DNA of 64,000 nucleotides, from the NCBI GenBank assembly GCA_964358485.1, contig CAYHPY010000005.1, positions 3,950 through 67,949 on the forward strand. The letters run 5' to 3'. Positions within the stretch are counted from its first letter, which is position 1, and each line of letters opens with the position of its first letter. This stretch comes from an uncultured Elusimicrobia bacterium (GTDB lineage Bacteria; Elusimicrobiota; Elusimicrobia; UBA1565; UBA9628). The notes below the pieces were generated by a model. The model was not told the origin of the DNA. It saw nothing but the letters and a program-made list of their open reading frames with translations, and searched no databases. Positions 1 through 9,126 of this stretch are shown in pieces. Position numbers and translations under genes: made by a program.

Positions 1-196
1 CGCGCGCGAGAAAGGTGTTGGCCGTCGTGATCATCCGCGTGTAGACCCCGGACGGGGCGGGATAGTAGGTGGTCAAGGTCACGGTTTCCGACCCGAGCTC
101 AACCGGGGCGCAGAGCATGAGGGCCATGCCGGCCAAGCCCCGGAACCATCCCGAAAACGCCGGAATTTCAAACTGAACTCGGATTTTTCGCGACAT
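1..196 (-). CDS. Exported/membrane protein with a 'TLTTYYPAPSGVY' motif (partial, runs off the left edge; absent from the ORF track)
   Basis: Manual translation from ATG at 196: MSRKIRVQFEIPAFSGWFRGLAGMALMLCAPVELGSETVTLTTYYPAPSGVYTRMITTANTFLAR, with no stop before base 1. A hydrophobic segment precedes the TTYYP motif. Confidence 0.7.
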   Translation of the reverse strand, partial: MSRKIRVQFEIPAFSGWFRGLAGMALMLCAPVELGSETVTLTTYYPAPSGVYTRMITTANTFLAR

Positions 197-396
197 GGGC
201 CGAATGCCTCCCTCTCCAAGTAGTGTAACAGCCCGACGCCCCGGGGGCCATGGCGACCGTCATAGAGGCGGCTCGAGAGCGTGGGATTGTGCACCGGTTT
301 TACTCTAACACTTGGCCGAATGGGCGGCCATTCTCTTTTGCTCCGCAAATTAGATTTCTTTCCCGAGATAGATTGGTGTTTACTGGAAAGCGCCAC

Positions 397-2142
397 ATGC
401 GGAAAGCCCTGATCAAAGTCACCTACCGGTGCAACAACCGGTGCATTTACTGCCATGCCGAGCCTTATCGGGGCCTCCCCGACCTTCCGACCGCGGAAAT
501 CGAGTCCCGGATCCGCTCGGCCGCCGGAAAAGGAGCCGACCTGGCCGTTTTTTCCGGCGGGGAACCGACCCTCCGAAACGACCTGCCGGCCTTGGCGCGG
601 GCCGCGCGCCGAAACGGAATGGCATTCGGAATCATCACCAACGGAAGACGGTTCGTCTATCCCGCCTTCGGCGGGGAATTGGCCCGGCTCGGGCTCCGTT
701 TCGCCTATGTCTCATTCCACTCCACGGACCGGACCGTCCACGCTCAAACCACCCGAACCGATTCCCTGTCCCAGACCCTGGCCGCCATTGAAAATCTGGT
801 GAAACTCGGGGTGGAAGTCGTCGTCAACACGGTGGTCACGCGCCTCAACCTCGAAGGCTTGGCGGCCGTCGCCGACCGCCTGGCGGCAATACGACCCGCG
901 AAAATCAAATTTTCTCTCATCGAGCCGAAAGGGGCCGCCCTCGAGAACCCTCCGGCCATTCCCCCTCCGGGCGAAGCCGCCGCCGCCATCCAAGAGGCGC
1001 TCCGCCGGGGACGGTCCCGCCACCCCGGCCAGGCCTTCGGCTGCGAGGGACTGACCCCCTGCCTGGTGGGGGAGTTCGAATCCCTCAATGACGATTTGAC
1101 GACCAACGGTTTTATCTCCTGCCAGGAGACTTTCGACGCCGCCCCCGGCCCGCCCGATTACTTCAATCGGGCGAAGCCCGACAACTGCTTGGATTGCGCC
1201 CATTGGCCCCGTTGCCCCGGAATTTTCACCGGCTACCTCTCCCGCTCCCCTCTGCCTCCCCTTCAACCGGAAATCATTCCCCGTTCAAATTCCTTCGTCT
1301 TCCTAAAATCCGGAAAGGCGACCCCCGCCCCCTTGAAGCCCTCCCGGTGCCCCGGACGAACGGCCGGTCCTCGGCGGATTTTTCTTCTCTCGGGAAAGTC
1401 GATCCGCTCCTATGACACGCCCACCGGAGATTTTACGATCGGCCAGATCTCGGAGGCTCTCTCCGAGGGGAGGATCTTCGCCGCGGCCTCATCGGCCCCC
1501 GGCGCGTCCGACCGGGGCTCCCTGCGGGAGCTTCAAAGGGCGCCGCTCTGCCGCGCCTGTCCCCGCACGGCCTCCTGCCGCCGCCTCCTCGTGGAAAGTC
1601 CGAAAAAAGGCGCGCCCGGCCTCGAGGAGCGCCTGCGAAAACTGGCGACGGGCCTCAGAGGCGACCTTCTGGAGGTCGGCTGCGGCGGCGTCCGCTTTCG
1701 CCCGGAACTGGCCCGGTCGGCGGCCGCCGGATTGATCCGCTATTTGGGCATCGACCCCTGCGCGCGAGCCGCCTCCTCTCCCGGCCTCCCCGTCCTGCGG
1801 GCGGAGGCCGAATCCTTCGGAATGCCGGACGCCTCCTTCGACCATGCCCTCCTTTTCGGCTCCTACAACCACATCCGCCGCCCCTCCCTGGCTTTCCCCA
1901 ACATCCGCCGCATGCTCAAGCCCGGAGGACGGTTGACGGTGGCCGACAGCGCGGCCTTCGGAGTCCTCCTCCCGGGGCCCCCGGCCCCGGCGCCCCCCGG
2001 GGGCTTCGAGCATTACCGCAATCACGACGCCCTTCAAGCCGAGGCTTTGTTGGTTCGTCTCGGCTTTGAAACCGAACCCGGATCGGGGGAAAGCGGCCGC
2101 GCCGCCGGGCCCGACTGGCTGCTCGAAATGAGGAAGGCATGA
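397..2142 (+). CDS. Radical SAM protein (HxsC-like/SPASM-type auxiliary Cys motif) fused to a C-terminal class I SAM methyltransferase
   Basis: CNNRCIYC, FSGGEPTL, ITNG, auxiliary CLDCAHWPRCPG and C-terminal LLEVGCG...YLGIDP...FDHALL. Start re-placed at ATG 397 (MRKALIKV); the track starts at 250. Confidence 0.88.
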   Translation: MRKALIKVTYRCNNRCIYCHAEPYRGLPDLPTAEIESRIRSAAGKGADLAVFSGGEPTLRNDLPALARAARRNGMAFGIITNGRRFVYPAFGGELARLGLRFAYVSFHSTDRTVHAQTTRTDSLSQTLAAIENLVKLGVEVVVNTVVTRLNLEGLAAVADRLAAIRPAKIKFSLIEPKGAALENPPAIPPPGEAAAAIQEALRRGRSRHPGQAFGCEGLTPCLVGEFESLNDDLTTNGFISCQETFDAAPGPPDYFNRAKPDNCLDCAHWPRCPGIFTGYLSRSPLPPLQPEIIPRSNSFVFLKSGKATPAPLKPSRCPGRTAGPRRIFLLSGKSIRSYDTPTGDFTIGQISEALSEGRIFAAASSAPGASDRGSLRELQRAPLCRACPRTASCRRLLVESPKKGAPGLEERLRKLATGLRGDLLEVGCGGVRFRPELARSAAAGLIRYLGIDPCARAASSPGLPVLRAEAESFGMPDASFDHALLFGSYNHIRRPSLAFPNIRRMLKPGGRLTVADSAAFGVLLPGPPAPAPPGGFEHYRNHDALQAEALLVRLGFETEPGSGESGRAAGPDWLLEMRKA

Positions 2143-4358
2143 GCGGCCCCCGGGTCCTGATCGTCAATCCTCCCTTGGCCGTCGAGGAGGCCTTCATCGA
2201 CGCCCCCCATTTCTCGGTCCTGGGACCGTTGTCCTGCGCCGCGGCCCTGCGCGACCAAGGATTCGAGGTCACGGCCGCCGACGCCTTTTCGTCGGGGCTT
2301 GAGGCCGCCGCGCTTCTGCGCCCGCCCCGGCGAAAATTCGAGGCCGTGGTCGTCGGGCTCCCGCCCTTTTTCAAGCCCCACGCCAAGACCGCCGCCGCCT
2401 CCGAATTTTTCGGCTTGCTCCGAAAAAGATTCCCGAAGGCCAAGCTCATCGCGGCCGACTGCTATTTCGGCGGGATGCACTACATCGAATACGAGCCTCC
2501 GGCTTTTCTTAAGAATTACCCCGAGGTGGACGCGGTGGTCAAATACGAAGGGGAGGCCGCGCTTGGCCGCCTGTTGGGAGATTGGCCCTCGCAACGGCCT
2601 TTGTCCGTTTCGGGCCGGGCGGCCGAAGTCCGCCCGGACGATTTCCCGCCCCCCGCTTGGGACCTCATCGACGTCCCGGCCTATTACCGCGCCCAGAAGG
2701 CCTTTTTCGCGCGCCTTCGCCGCCCGCCCCCCTACCGCAAAGACCTGCCCACCTTGCCGGCCGTCGCCTCCCGCGGCTGCGCGCACCGCTGTTCGTTCTG
2801 CACCGCCAATCCTGGGGAAAAGACCCCCGCCTGGCGGCCCCACGGGCTGGACTACCTGCGGCGGGCCTTTCGGACCCTCAAGGAGCGCCATGGCGCCGGC
2901 CGGGTGGCGATTCTAGACGGCTGCGCCAACCAGGACCCCGCCCGCTTCGAGGAAATTCTGGCCTTGTTGGAATCGTTGGGGCTGGAAGCGGATTTTCCCA
3001 ACGGCCTGCGCGCCGATCTTCTCTCCCGGGACTGCCTGCGCCGGCTCAAAGGTCTGGCGGAGTCGCTCACCGTCAGCGCCGAATCCGGCGACCCCGAGTT
3101 CCTCCGCCGCAAAATCGGCAAGGGCCTGGTTGCCGAAGACGTCGAACGGACCGCGGCCTGGTGCCGGGAACTCGGCCTGCCCCTGAGCGTCCACTATCTC
3201 GTGGGCTTGCCCGGGGAAACCCCGGAGGGCGTCAACAAGACCCTCGCCCACGCCTTGAAAATGAAGGAGGAGTTCGGGGCCGTTCCCCTCCTCCAGAATT
3301 TCACGCCCATTCCGGGCACGGCCCTGCACCGGGAATGCGTCCAAAAGGGCCTCTTGGGAGAATTCGACGCGGAGAACCTCCACCGCCATTTTCAAGGAAC
3401 GCCCGCGCTCGACACGCCGGAGCTTCCGCGGGCCAAGCTCGCCCGCATGACCCGGGCCTTCCAGCGCCGGATCTCGGCGGCCGCCCTGGAGAAAGTCATC
3501 ATCAACCTGACCTACGCCTGCGACAACGCATGCACCTTCTGCGCCGTCGGGGGTCGGGAGAAAGTCCACGGGGAGCCCGGCCGCTACGCCCGCCTTCTGC
3601 GGGATTACCGTCAGCGCGGGGCCTATCTGCTGGACTTGGACGGCGGGGAGCCCACCCTCTACCCCCACCTTTTCCACGTGGTGCGGCTGGCCGACGCGCT
3701 GGGCTACAAAAAAATAGCGCTCACCACCAACGGCCGCCGCCTGGCCGACCGCGCCTTCGCCTCGCGCCTGCTGCTTTCCGGCATCACCGACCTCATGGTG
3801 TCCCTCCATGGCCCCGACTCGGCGGTCCATGAAAGCCACACCAGGCGTCCGGGAAGCTTCGCGCAGACAGTGGCCGGAGTCAAGCACGCCGCGCGCCTGA
3901 AGCCCCGCGGCGTGTCCTTGGCGGTCAACGCCGTCGTGACCCGCGCCAACGCCCCGCGCGCCGCCGATTTTTTCCGATTCGTCCGGGACCTCGGAGTGGA
4001 AACCCTCAACCTCCAATTCGTCACCCCTTTCGGCCGGGCAAAAAACGCCTCCCACGGGGATGCGGCGGACCTTTGCCGCGCTCTGGGACCGGCCGTGGCC
4101 GAGTGGGGAAAAGTCCTCCGCATCCAGTTCGTCAACGCCCTTCCCTGCCGCCTCGAGGGCCTGTTTCCCGAAACGGAGCCGGAACTCGGGAAACATTCGC
4201 GCGAAATGGTGTTCGTCGATTCCCCGGCGCGCAATTTGGCGGCCTACCTGGACGCCCAGCGCCGGAAAAATTCGGAATGCGCCCCCTGCGAACACGCCGT
4301 GGCCTGCGGCGGCCATTACGTTTTCGAGGAAGAACGCCCCCCCGATGAAAAAGATTGA
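2139..4358 (+). CDS. Cobalamin-binding radical SAM protein fused to a second radical SAM domain
   Basis: N-terminal RVLIVNPP...LG...AAAL B12-binding pattern. SRGCAHRCSFC and a second CDNACTFC/DGGEPTL/TTNG. C-terminal CAPCEHAVACGG. ATGA overlap with the previous gene. Confidence 0.9.
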   Translation: MSGPRVLIVNPPLAVEEAFIDAPHFSVLGPLSCAAALRDQGFEVTAADAFSSGLEAAALLRPPRRKFEAVVVGLPPFFKPHAKTAAASEFFGLLRKRFPKAKLIAADCYFGGMHYIEYEPPAFLKNYPEVDAVVKYEGEAALGRLLGDWPSQRPLSVSGRAAEVRPDDFPPPAWDLIDVPAYYRAQKAFFARLRRPPPYRKDLPTLPAVASRGCAHRCSFCTANPGEKTPAWRPHGLDYLRRAFRTLKERHGAGRVAILDGCANQDPARFEEILALLESLGLEADFPNGLRADLLSRDCLRRLKGLAESLTVSAESGDPEFLRRKIGKGLVAEDVERTAAWCRELGLPLSVHYLVGLPGETPEGVNKTLAHALKMKEEFGAVPLLQNFTPIPGTALHRECVQKGLLGEFDAENLHRHFQGTPALDTPELPRAKLARMTRAFQRRISAAALEKVIINLTYACDNACTFCAVGGREKVHGEPGRYARLLRDYRQRGAYLLDLDGGEPTLYPHLFHVVRLADALGYKKIALTTNGRRLADRAFASRLLLSGITDLMVSLHGPDSAVHESHTRRPGSFAQTVAGVKHAARLKPRGVSLAVNAVVTRANAPRAADFFRFVRDLGVETLNLQFVTPFGRAKNASHGDAADLCRALGPAVAEWGKVLRIQFVNALPCRLEGLFPETEPELGKHSREMVFVDSPARNLAAYLDAQRRKNSECAPCEHAVACGGHYVFEEERPPDEKD

Positions 4359-5229
4359 GCTCGTCCTGTGGTTCCGCTGCAACACGCGCTGCCTTTTTTG
4401 CGTGGTGGATCCGCAGGCCGCCGGAGAATCCATGGGGACCGCCGCGGCCCTGCGCCGGTTGGAGCGGGGCCGGGAGGAAGGCGCCGAGGCCGTGGATTTC
4501 GGAGGCGGGGAGCCCACCCTGCGCGACGACCTCCCGGAGCTGGCCCGGGCCGCCGCCCGCCTCGGCTATCGGGACGTCGGCGTCAAATCCAACGGCCTGC
4601 GCCTCTGCTACCCCGACTACCTTGAGAGCCTCATGGCCGCCGGAATCCGCTCCTTCTCGGTCCCGGTCTGGGGCCGTCCGGCCGAGCATGACGCGCTGTG
4701 CGGGGTCAAACGGGCATTCGACATGCTGGAAATGGGCGTCAAGCACGCCTTGGATTTCGGCGCCCAAGTCCAGGCGGACCTGCTCCTCACCAGCTTATCG
4801 GTCGCCCACGCGCCCGCCCTGGCCGCCGATTTCGCCGCCCTCGGAGTCCGCCGGTTCTCGGCCCGGCTTTACTGCCTCTTCGGCTCGGGATTCACCCGCC
4901 CCCATCTGCTCCCCGGCATGACCGAGGCCGGCCGGGCGACAGTGGAAGCGGCCCGGGTCTTGGCCCCGAGCGGGGCGAGCATCGCAACCGGGCACATCCC
5001 CCCCTGCCTGCTGGGGCCGATGCCGGAGCTCTACGATGATATCGCCAAGCAGGAATTGATCGTCGTCACCCCGGGCGGGGAGTTTCCGGCGGAAACTTCG
5101 CCCTTCGAGGCGGGGAATCAAACGCCCCGTTGCGCGGGCTGCGCCTACGCGGGCCGGTGCCGGGGGCCGCGGATCGAATATGTCCGGGAGCGGGGCGACG
5201 GGGAATTCGTCCCGGTTCGGGGAGCTTAA
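4345..5229 (+). CDS. Radical SAM protein (HxsC-like/SPASM-type auxiliary motif)
   Basis: CNTRCLFC, FGGGEPTL, KSNG, IPPCL and CAGCAYAGRCRG. Start re-placed at ATG 4345, overlapping the previous stop region. Confidence 0.88.
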   Translation: MKKIELVLWFRCNTRCLFCVVDPQAAGESMGTAAALRRLERGREEGAEAVDFGGGEPTLRDDLPELARAAARLGYRDVGVKSNGLRLCYPDYLESLMAAGIRSFSVPVWGRPAEHDALCGVKRAFDMLEMGVKHALDFGAQVQADLLLTSLSVAHAPALAADFAALGVRRFSARLYCLFGSGFTRPHLLPGMTEAGRATVEAARVLAPSGASIATGHIPPCLLGPMPELYDDIAKQELIVVTPGGEFPAETSPFEAGNQTPRCAGCAYAGRCRGPRIEYVRERGDGEFVPVRGA

Positions 5230-5468
5230 ATCAACTCAACGGTCCCCTGATTATTCTGTTGCCGATGTTCCCGGCTGTTCACCGTTGTTGCCGCTCCAGC
5301 CGTTCCGAAAACGCGCCGAGTTCTTTAATCAAAATTTTCATCCCTGGTGCCAGGCATGTAGATCTCGGTCCGGACCGAATTCCCATTTTGCCTTTTCTCT
5401 TTAAAGCCCACCGGATGCCAGCGAACGGTGGAACCCCGGAACCAAGCCGATTGAGCCGAAATTTCAAA

Positions 5469-5512
5469 TCAAACTCGCGGCGCCGCGAGTTTGAACCGAA
5501 ATCCCGGTTCAA
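5469..5512. repeat. 26-bp perfect palindrome plus an adjoining 8-bp hairpin between convergent genes; possible terminator
   Basis: TCAAACTCGCGGCGCCGCGAGTTTGA (5469-5494) is its own reverse complement. TTGAACCG (5491-5498) pairs with CGGTTCAA (5505-5512). Confidence 0.8.
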
Positions 5513-5536
5513 CCCCCGGCCAATGCCCCGGCGAAA

Positions 5537-7495
5537 TTAAAAGAACCCCTCTTTATACTGTTTGAACACCTGCGCCAGGAACAGCACCTCCGGGTGCATG
5601 TGCGCCAATTTCGGGAGGACCACCTTGACCCGGGAGCGGAATTCCCCCACCCTGTCGGCCAGCGCCCGGACGGCCGCCGCGTCGGAGGGCTTGAAGTTCT
5701 GCAGGTCCAGCACCAGCTTGTTGCGGCTCTCGGCCAGCGCCGCGCGCAGGTGCTCCCAGACCTCCTTGGCGTGGGCCGCCGAGGCCGCGCCCTCCAGGCG
5801 CATCCAGACCTGGCGGTGGGCGTGCTGGAGCTCCACCTGGACCCTGAGGCCCGGCTTGGAGGCCCGGTGCGGCAAAGTCTCCCAGATGCGGAAATTGCCC
5901 CAGCCCTCTTCCGGCAGGCGGTAGGAGGTCCGGGTCAGGCTGGGGTGCTGGAACAGGTTCAAGCGCCCCGCAACGCCGGTCCAGGCGGCCGCGGCCAGGG
6001 CCGCTCCCGAGGCCAGGCGTTCCTTCAGGGTCGGCGCGCCCAATTCGCCGTAGGCCCGCTCCTCCAGGCTCTCGATGCGCTCGCGCACGGCGGCGTTGAC
6101 GGCCAGGAGTTTTCCCGCCAGGAAGGTCGGGTAGGAGTTTCTCACCTCGCGGGCGAAGCGTTCGGCCTTTTTGCGGAGCATCGGGTTGCCGCTGTCGCGC
6201 AGGGTCCGGTAGCCGGACAGCCAACGGTCGATGACCCGGTACACGCTCGGGCCCAGCCTGCGGTAATCCTCCTCGAAGCACCGGCGCTGGAGCTCCTCGA
6301 TCTCGGCACCGCTCAAGCGCGGGTGCTTGATCATCGCCCGAAACCCGTCCCCCCGCCGGTACAGGTACTCCGGGTCGTTCTTGACTTCGTCGATGAGGCG
6401 TCCCTCCCGCGCCACCCGCGCGTGAAAGGGCGTCCCGGGGATGGGATTGTAGATCAAAAACTGCGAGAGGCAGGGCTCCAGGGAGAGCAGGCCGTCGAGC
6501 TCTTCGGCTACGATTTCCTTGTCCTGGTAATCGAAGCCCACGATCATGGAGGCCAGGACCGTGATCCCGTGCCTTCTCAGTTCGGGGAAGACCTCGGACG
6601 CCGGACGGCCCGCCTGCTTGGCAAACCCTGAGCGGGTCCCTTCATAGCCGATCCAAAGCCCGTCGATGCCCATTTCCAGGAGCTCCGTGACCTTGTACTG
6701 GTTGAGGGCCCGCAGGCTGGCGAAGGCGAAGATGGAGAGCGCCTTGCCGGCCTTGAGGACGCTGTCCCGGAATTCCATGGCCCGGCGCTTGTTCAGGAGG
6801 AAATCCTCGTCCAGGATGGTGAAGGACATGTCGGGGTCCAGGTCCAGGTAGCGCTCGATGACCGCGTGGATGTCCCCTCCGGTCGGGAGGAGCTTGATGT
6901 GCTTGCGCTCGAAAAAATGCGAGGTGCAGCAGAAATCGCAGCCGTTGGGGCATCCCAGCCCCGCGAAGATCATCCCGGTATTGGAGACCGGCAAGGAGAA
7001 GAGCTTCAGTTTGCTGACGATCAACGGGTGGTTGTACGGCATCTCCTTGGGGGTCTCCCCCAAAAGGCGGCGCATGAAGGTCACGCCTTCCTCCCGGCAG
7101 ATGAAGTCCCCGTAGGGTTTGAGGACTTCCTCGCCCAGGATCGTCCCGTAGCCGCCCAGGACGATCTTGGATTTCGGGGCGTACTTGCGGATCAGGGCGA
7201 CCGTTTCCTTCATCCGGTGGAAGACCGGGAGCAGGAAGGAGACCCCGACATAGTCGTAGCCCTTCTTGAGCTCCCGGATGAGCTCCCGCTTGCTGGGATA
7301 CTGGAGGACGACGGCGGGGGCGTCCAGGTTCTGTGCGACGTATTCCAGGGAAAAGTGGAGATGCAGCGCCCGGGGGCTGAAAAGGCCCTGGGCCCGGGTG
7401 ACCTGCCGGAAAAGCAACTCGTAACCGACGGTGGGACCGTCCCCGTGCTCGGGGCCGAGGGGGCGGCAAACGCTGGTGAACAGGACTTTGGGCAT
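5537..7495 (-). CDS. Cobalamin-binding radical SAM protein with a C-terminal STAS-like extension
   Basis: GLGCPNGCDFC, ILDEDF, GLWIGYEG, SMIVGFD. The C-terminus (VWMRLEG...LVLDLQNFK...A...L) resembles STAS. Confidence 0.85.
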   Translation of the reverse strand: MPKVLFTSVCRPLGPEHGDGPTVGYELLFRQVTRAQGLFSPRALHLHFSLEYVAQNLDAPAVVLQYPSKRELIRELKKGYDYVGVSFLLPVFHRMKETVALIRKYAPKSKIVLGGYGTILGEEVLKPYGDFICREEGVTFMRRLLGETPKEMPYNHPLIVSKLKLFSLPVSNTGMIFAGLGCPNGCDFCCTSHFFERKHIKLLPTGGDIHAVIERYLDLDPDMSFTILDEDFLLNKRRAMEFRDSVLKAGKALSIFAFASLRALNQYKVTELLEMGIDGLWIGYEGTRSGFAKQAGRPASEVFPELRRHGITVLASMIVGFDYQDKEIVAEELDGLLSLEPCLSQFLIYNPIPGTPFHARVAREGRLIDEVKNDPEYLYRRGDGFRAMIKHPRLSGAEIEELQRRCFEEDYRRLGPSVYRVIDRWLSGYRTLRDSGNPMLRKKAERFAREVRNSYPTFLAGKLLAVNAAVRERIESLEERAYGELGAPTLKERLASGAALAAAAWTGVAGRLNLFQHPSLTRTSYRLPEEGWGNFRIWETLPHRASKPGLRVQVELQHAHRQVWMRLEGAASAAHAKEVWEHLRAALAESRNKLVLDLQNFKPSDAAAVRALADRVGEFRSRVKVVLPKLAHMHPEVLFLAQVFKQYKEGFF

Positions 7496-7625
7496 TTTAT
7501 TCCTCCAAAAGGACGGCCGTCGTCCGGGTAAGGCGGGAGCGGGACGGCGGCGAGGGGACGAGGCTAGGGACGGCTGGGTGGCGCACTACCTGTGATTCTA
7601 GATTTTGGGGAGCGGGGCCGCGTTC

Positions 7626-7925
7626 TTATTTGCGACGCCCCTGAGAACGAGCCCCCAGGATGCGGTAGACCGACTTCTGTGAGATGCCCAGGTGGTCGGC
7701 GATGGCGGCCGGGGTCCGCCCCCCTTTGCGCCAGTGCCGGATGCAGGCCGGGCGTTCGGCGCAGGCCGCGCAGGGGAGACGGGAGCCCTTCTTGGGGATC
7801 CACATCCGCCGGCCGCCGAAGACTTCCTGCACCAGAAGGAATTTCTTCGGGCCCAGGAGCTTGAGGAGCTCCGCGGCGCCGGAGGAATCGCACCGGTAGC
7901 GGGCGGGACAGCGGAATGTTTTCAT
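7626..7925 (-). CDS. Mor/C-family helix-turn-helix DNA-binding protein
   Basis: 'EVFGGRRMWIPK' followed by the HTH 'PAAIADHLGISQKSVYRIL'. ATGA overlap with the upstream gene. Confidence 0.7.
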   Translation of the reverse strand: MKTFRCPARYRCDSSGAAELLKLLGPKKFLLVQEVFGGRRMWIPKKGSRLPCAACAERPACIRHWRKGGRTPAAIADHLGISQKSVYRILGARSQGRRK

Positions 7926-9118
7926 GCGGCTGAAACGCCGTCATGCAACACATTTGCCTTTACAGAGATTTTTGGCGGGGTTTCGACCCCCAAAATGCGC
8001 CCTCCCGCCCCCAATTGGAACTTGCGGCCCCCCCAAGAGACCGTCCCCCCGGTCCAACCCAGGATCCAAACCAATGAATTCCATAGGTCATGAAGGGGTA
8101 TCAACGGCAGCCAGGCCCGAAAATAGGGGTGATAATTTCCAGAACCGATCCAGGCGGCCGTGGCCACCCGGTTGGCGGCGGTCACAAGCAACGCCGCCCC
8201 GCCAAAAGCCGGCGGGGCGAAAAGGGCGTAGACCGCGGCCCAGGTCACTCCATGGGTGAGGATCATGCCCAAATACCCCCCGGGGGTGGTGAAGCGCATG
8301 GTCCGGACCCAGCGGATTTGGTGGGCCAGATAGGCGCTCCAGCCGTAGCGGTCCATTTCAATGTCGATCCAATAGGGGAGAAGTTGAACCTGAAATCCCA
8401 GCCGTTTGATTTTTTCGGCCAGCCGGAAATCCGAATGGATGCAGTCGGCCAAGGCCTCGAAGCCCCCGAGCCGCTCGAGCAGGTCGCGCTTGACGGCCAA
8501 GGTGGCTCCCAGGCCGAAATCCACGGGAGCGGCCCAAGCCCGCAGGAGCATGGCCGGATTGTAACAGGTCTGGATGTACAGGGATTCCAGGACCGCCCAG
8601 AAACCGCGCGGCTCGCGGCACCGATACGGGCAGGTCACCAGGCCCACCGCCGGGTCCCGCAGGGGCGCCAGGACCCGCTTGAGATAGTCCGGGGCCACCA
8701 TGGTGTCACCGTCCAATAAGACGATCCAGGAATGCTTGGCGCGTTTCAAGGCCCCGGCGTGGTTGGCTTCCTTGGGATTCGGCCATTTTCCCTCCGCCGC
8801 GTAGGCGACCTCGAGGTCCGTTCCCGGAAATTCCTTTTTGATTTGTTCAACCGCGGGAAAGGCCGCGAGGTCCCCCCGCTCGACGGCCACGAGAATTTGA
8901 AAAGAGGGGTAGTCCAGGGAGCACAAACGGCGGAGGGTTTCTTCCAGGGCGCGGGGGGCGCCCTTTAACGGCAAAATAAGACTAACCCCCGCCGAAGGCG
9001 GGTGGAAATCTTTTGGAACGATTTCGGGAACGGAACAAAAAAGACGCCGAACGGCAAAGGCCGAGATCAAGAAATATAGATTCCCAAAAAGAACTGGGAA
9101 CAGGAGAAGGATCTCCAT
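7922..9118 (-). CDS. GT2/GT21 ceramide glucosyltransferase-like (HpnI-like) membrane glycosyltransferase
   Basis: NPKEAN, LLDGD, SDF and the QIRW (QxxRW) motif; N- and C-terminal TM segments. Confidence 0.85.
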   Translation of the reverse strand: MEILLLFPVLFGNLYFLISAFAVRRLFCSVPEIVPKDFHPPSAGVSLILPLKGAPRALEETLRRLCSLDYPSFQILVAVERGDLAAFPAVEQIKKEFPGTDLEVAYAAEGKWPNPKEANHAGALKRAKHSWIVLLDGDTMVAPDYLKRVLAPLRDPAVGLVTCPYRCREPRGFWAVLESLYIQTCYNPAMLLRAWAAPVDFGLGATLAVKRDLLERLGGFEALADCIHSDFRLAEKIKRLGFQVQLLPYWIDIEMDRYGWSAYLAHQIRWVRTMRFTTPGGYLGMILTHGVTWAAVYALFAPPAFGGAALLVTAANRVATAAWIGSGNYHPYFRAWLPLIPLHDLWNSLVWILGWTGGTVSWGGRKFQLGAGGRILGVETPPKISVKANVLHDGVSAA

Positions 9119-9126
9119 AGGAGATC

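Noticed and set aside
250-396. N-terminal extension of the first radical SAM ORF as given in the track
   Set aside because: AT-richer and promoter-like. The radical SAM motif begins right after ATG 397, and the divergent gene needs this space for its promoter.
5279-5512. Intein-like start 'CLAPGMKI' in a short minus-strand ORF
   Set aside because: Only a few residues resemble intein block A. The ORF ends about 20 codons later, with no other intein motif or host extein.
7626-7925. Prophage remnant
   Set aside because: No other phage, transposase or integrase genes; the gene is coupled to host-type neighbours.
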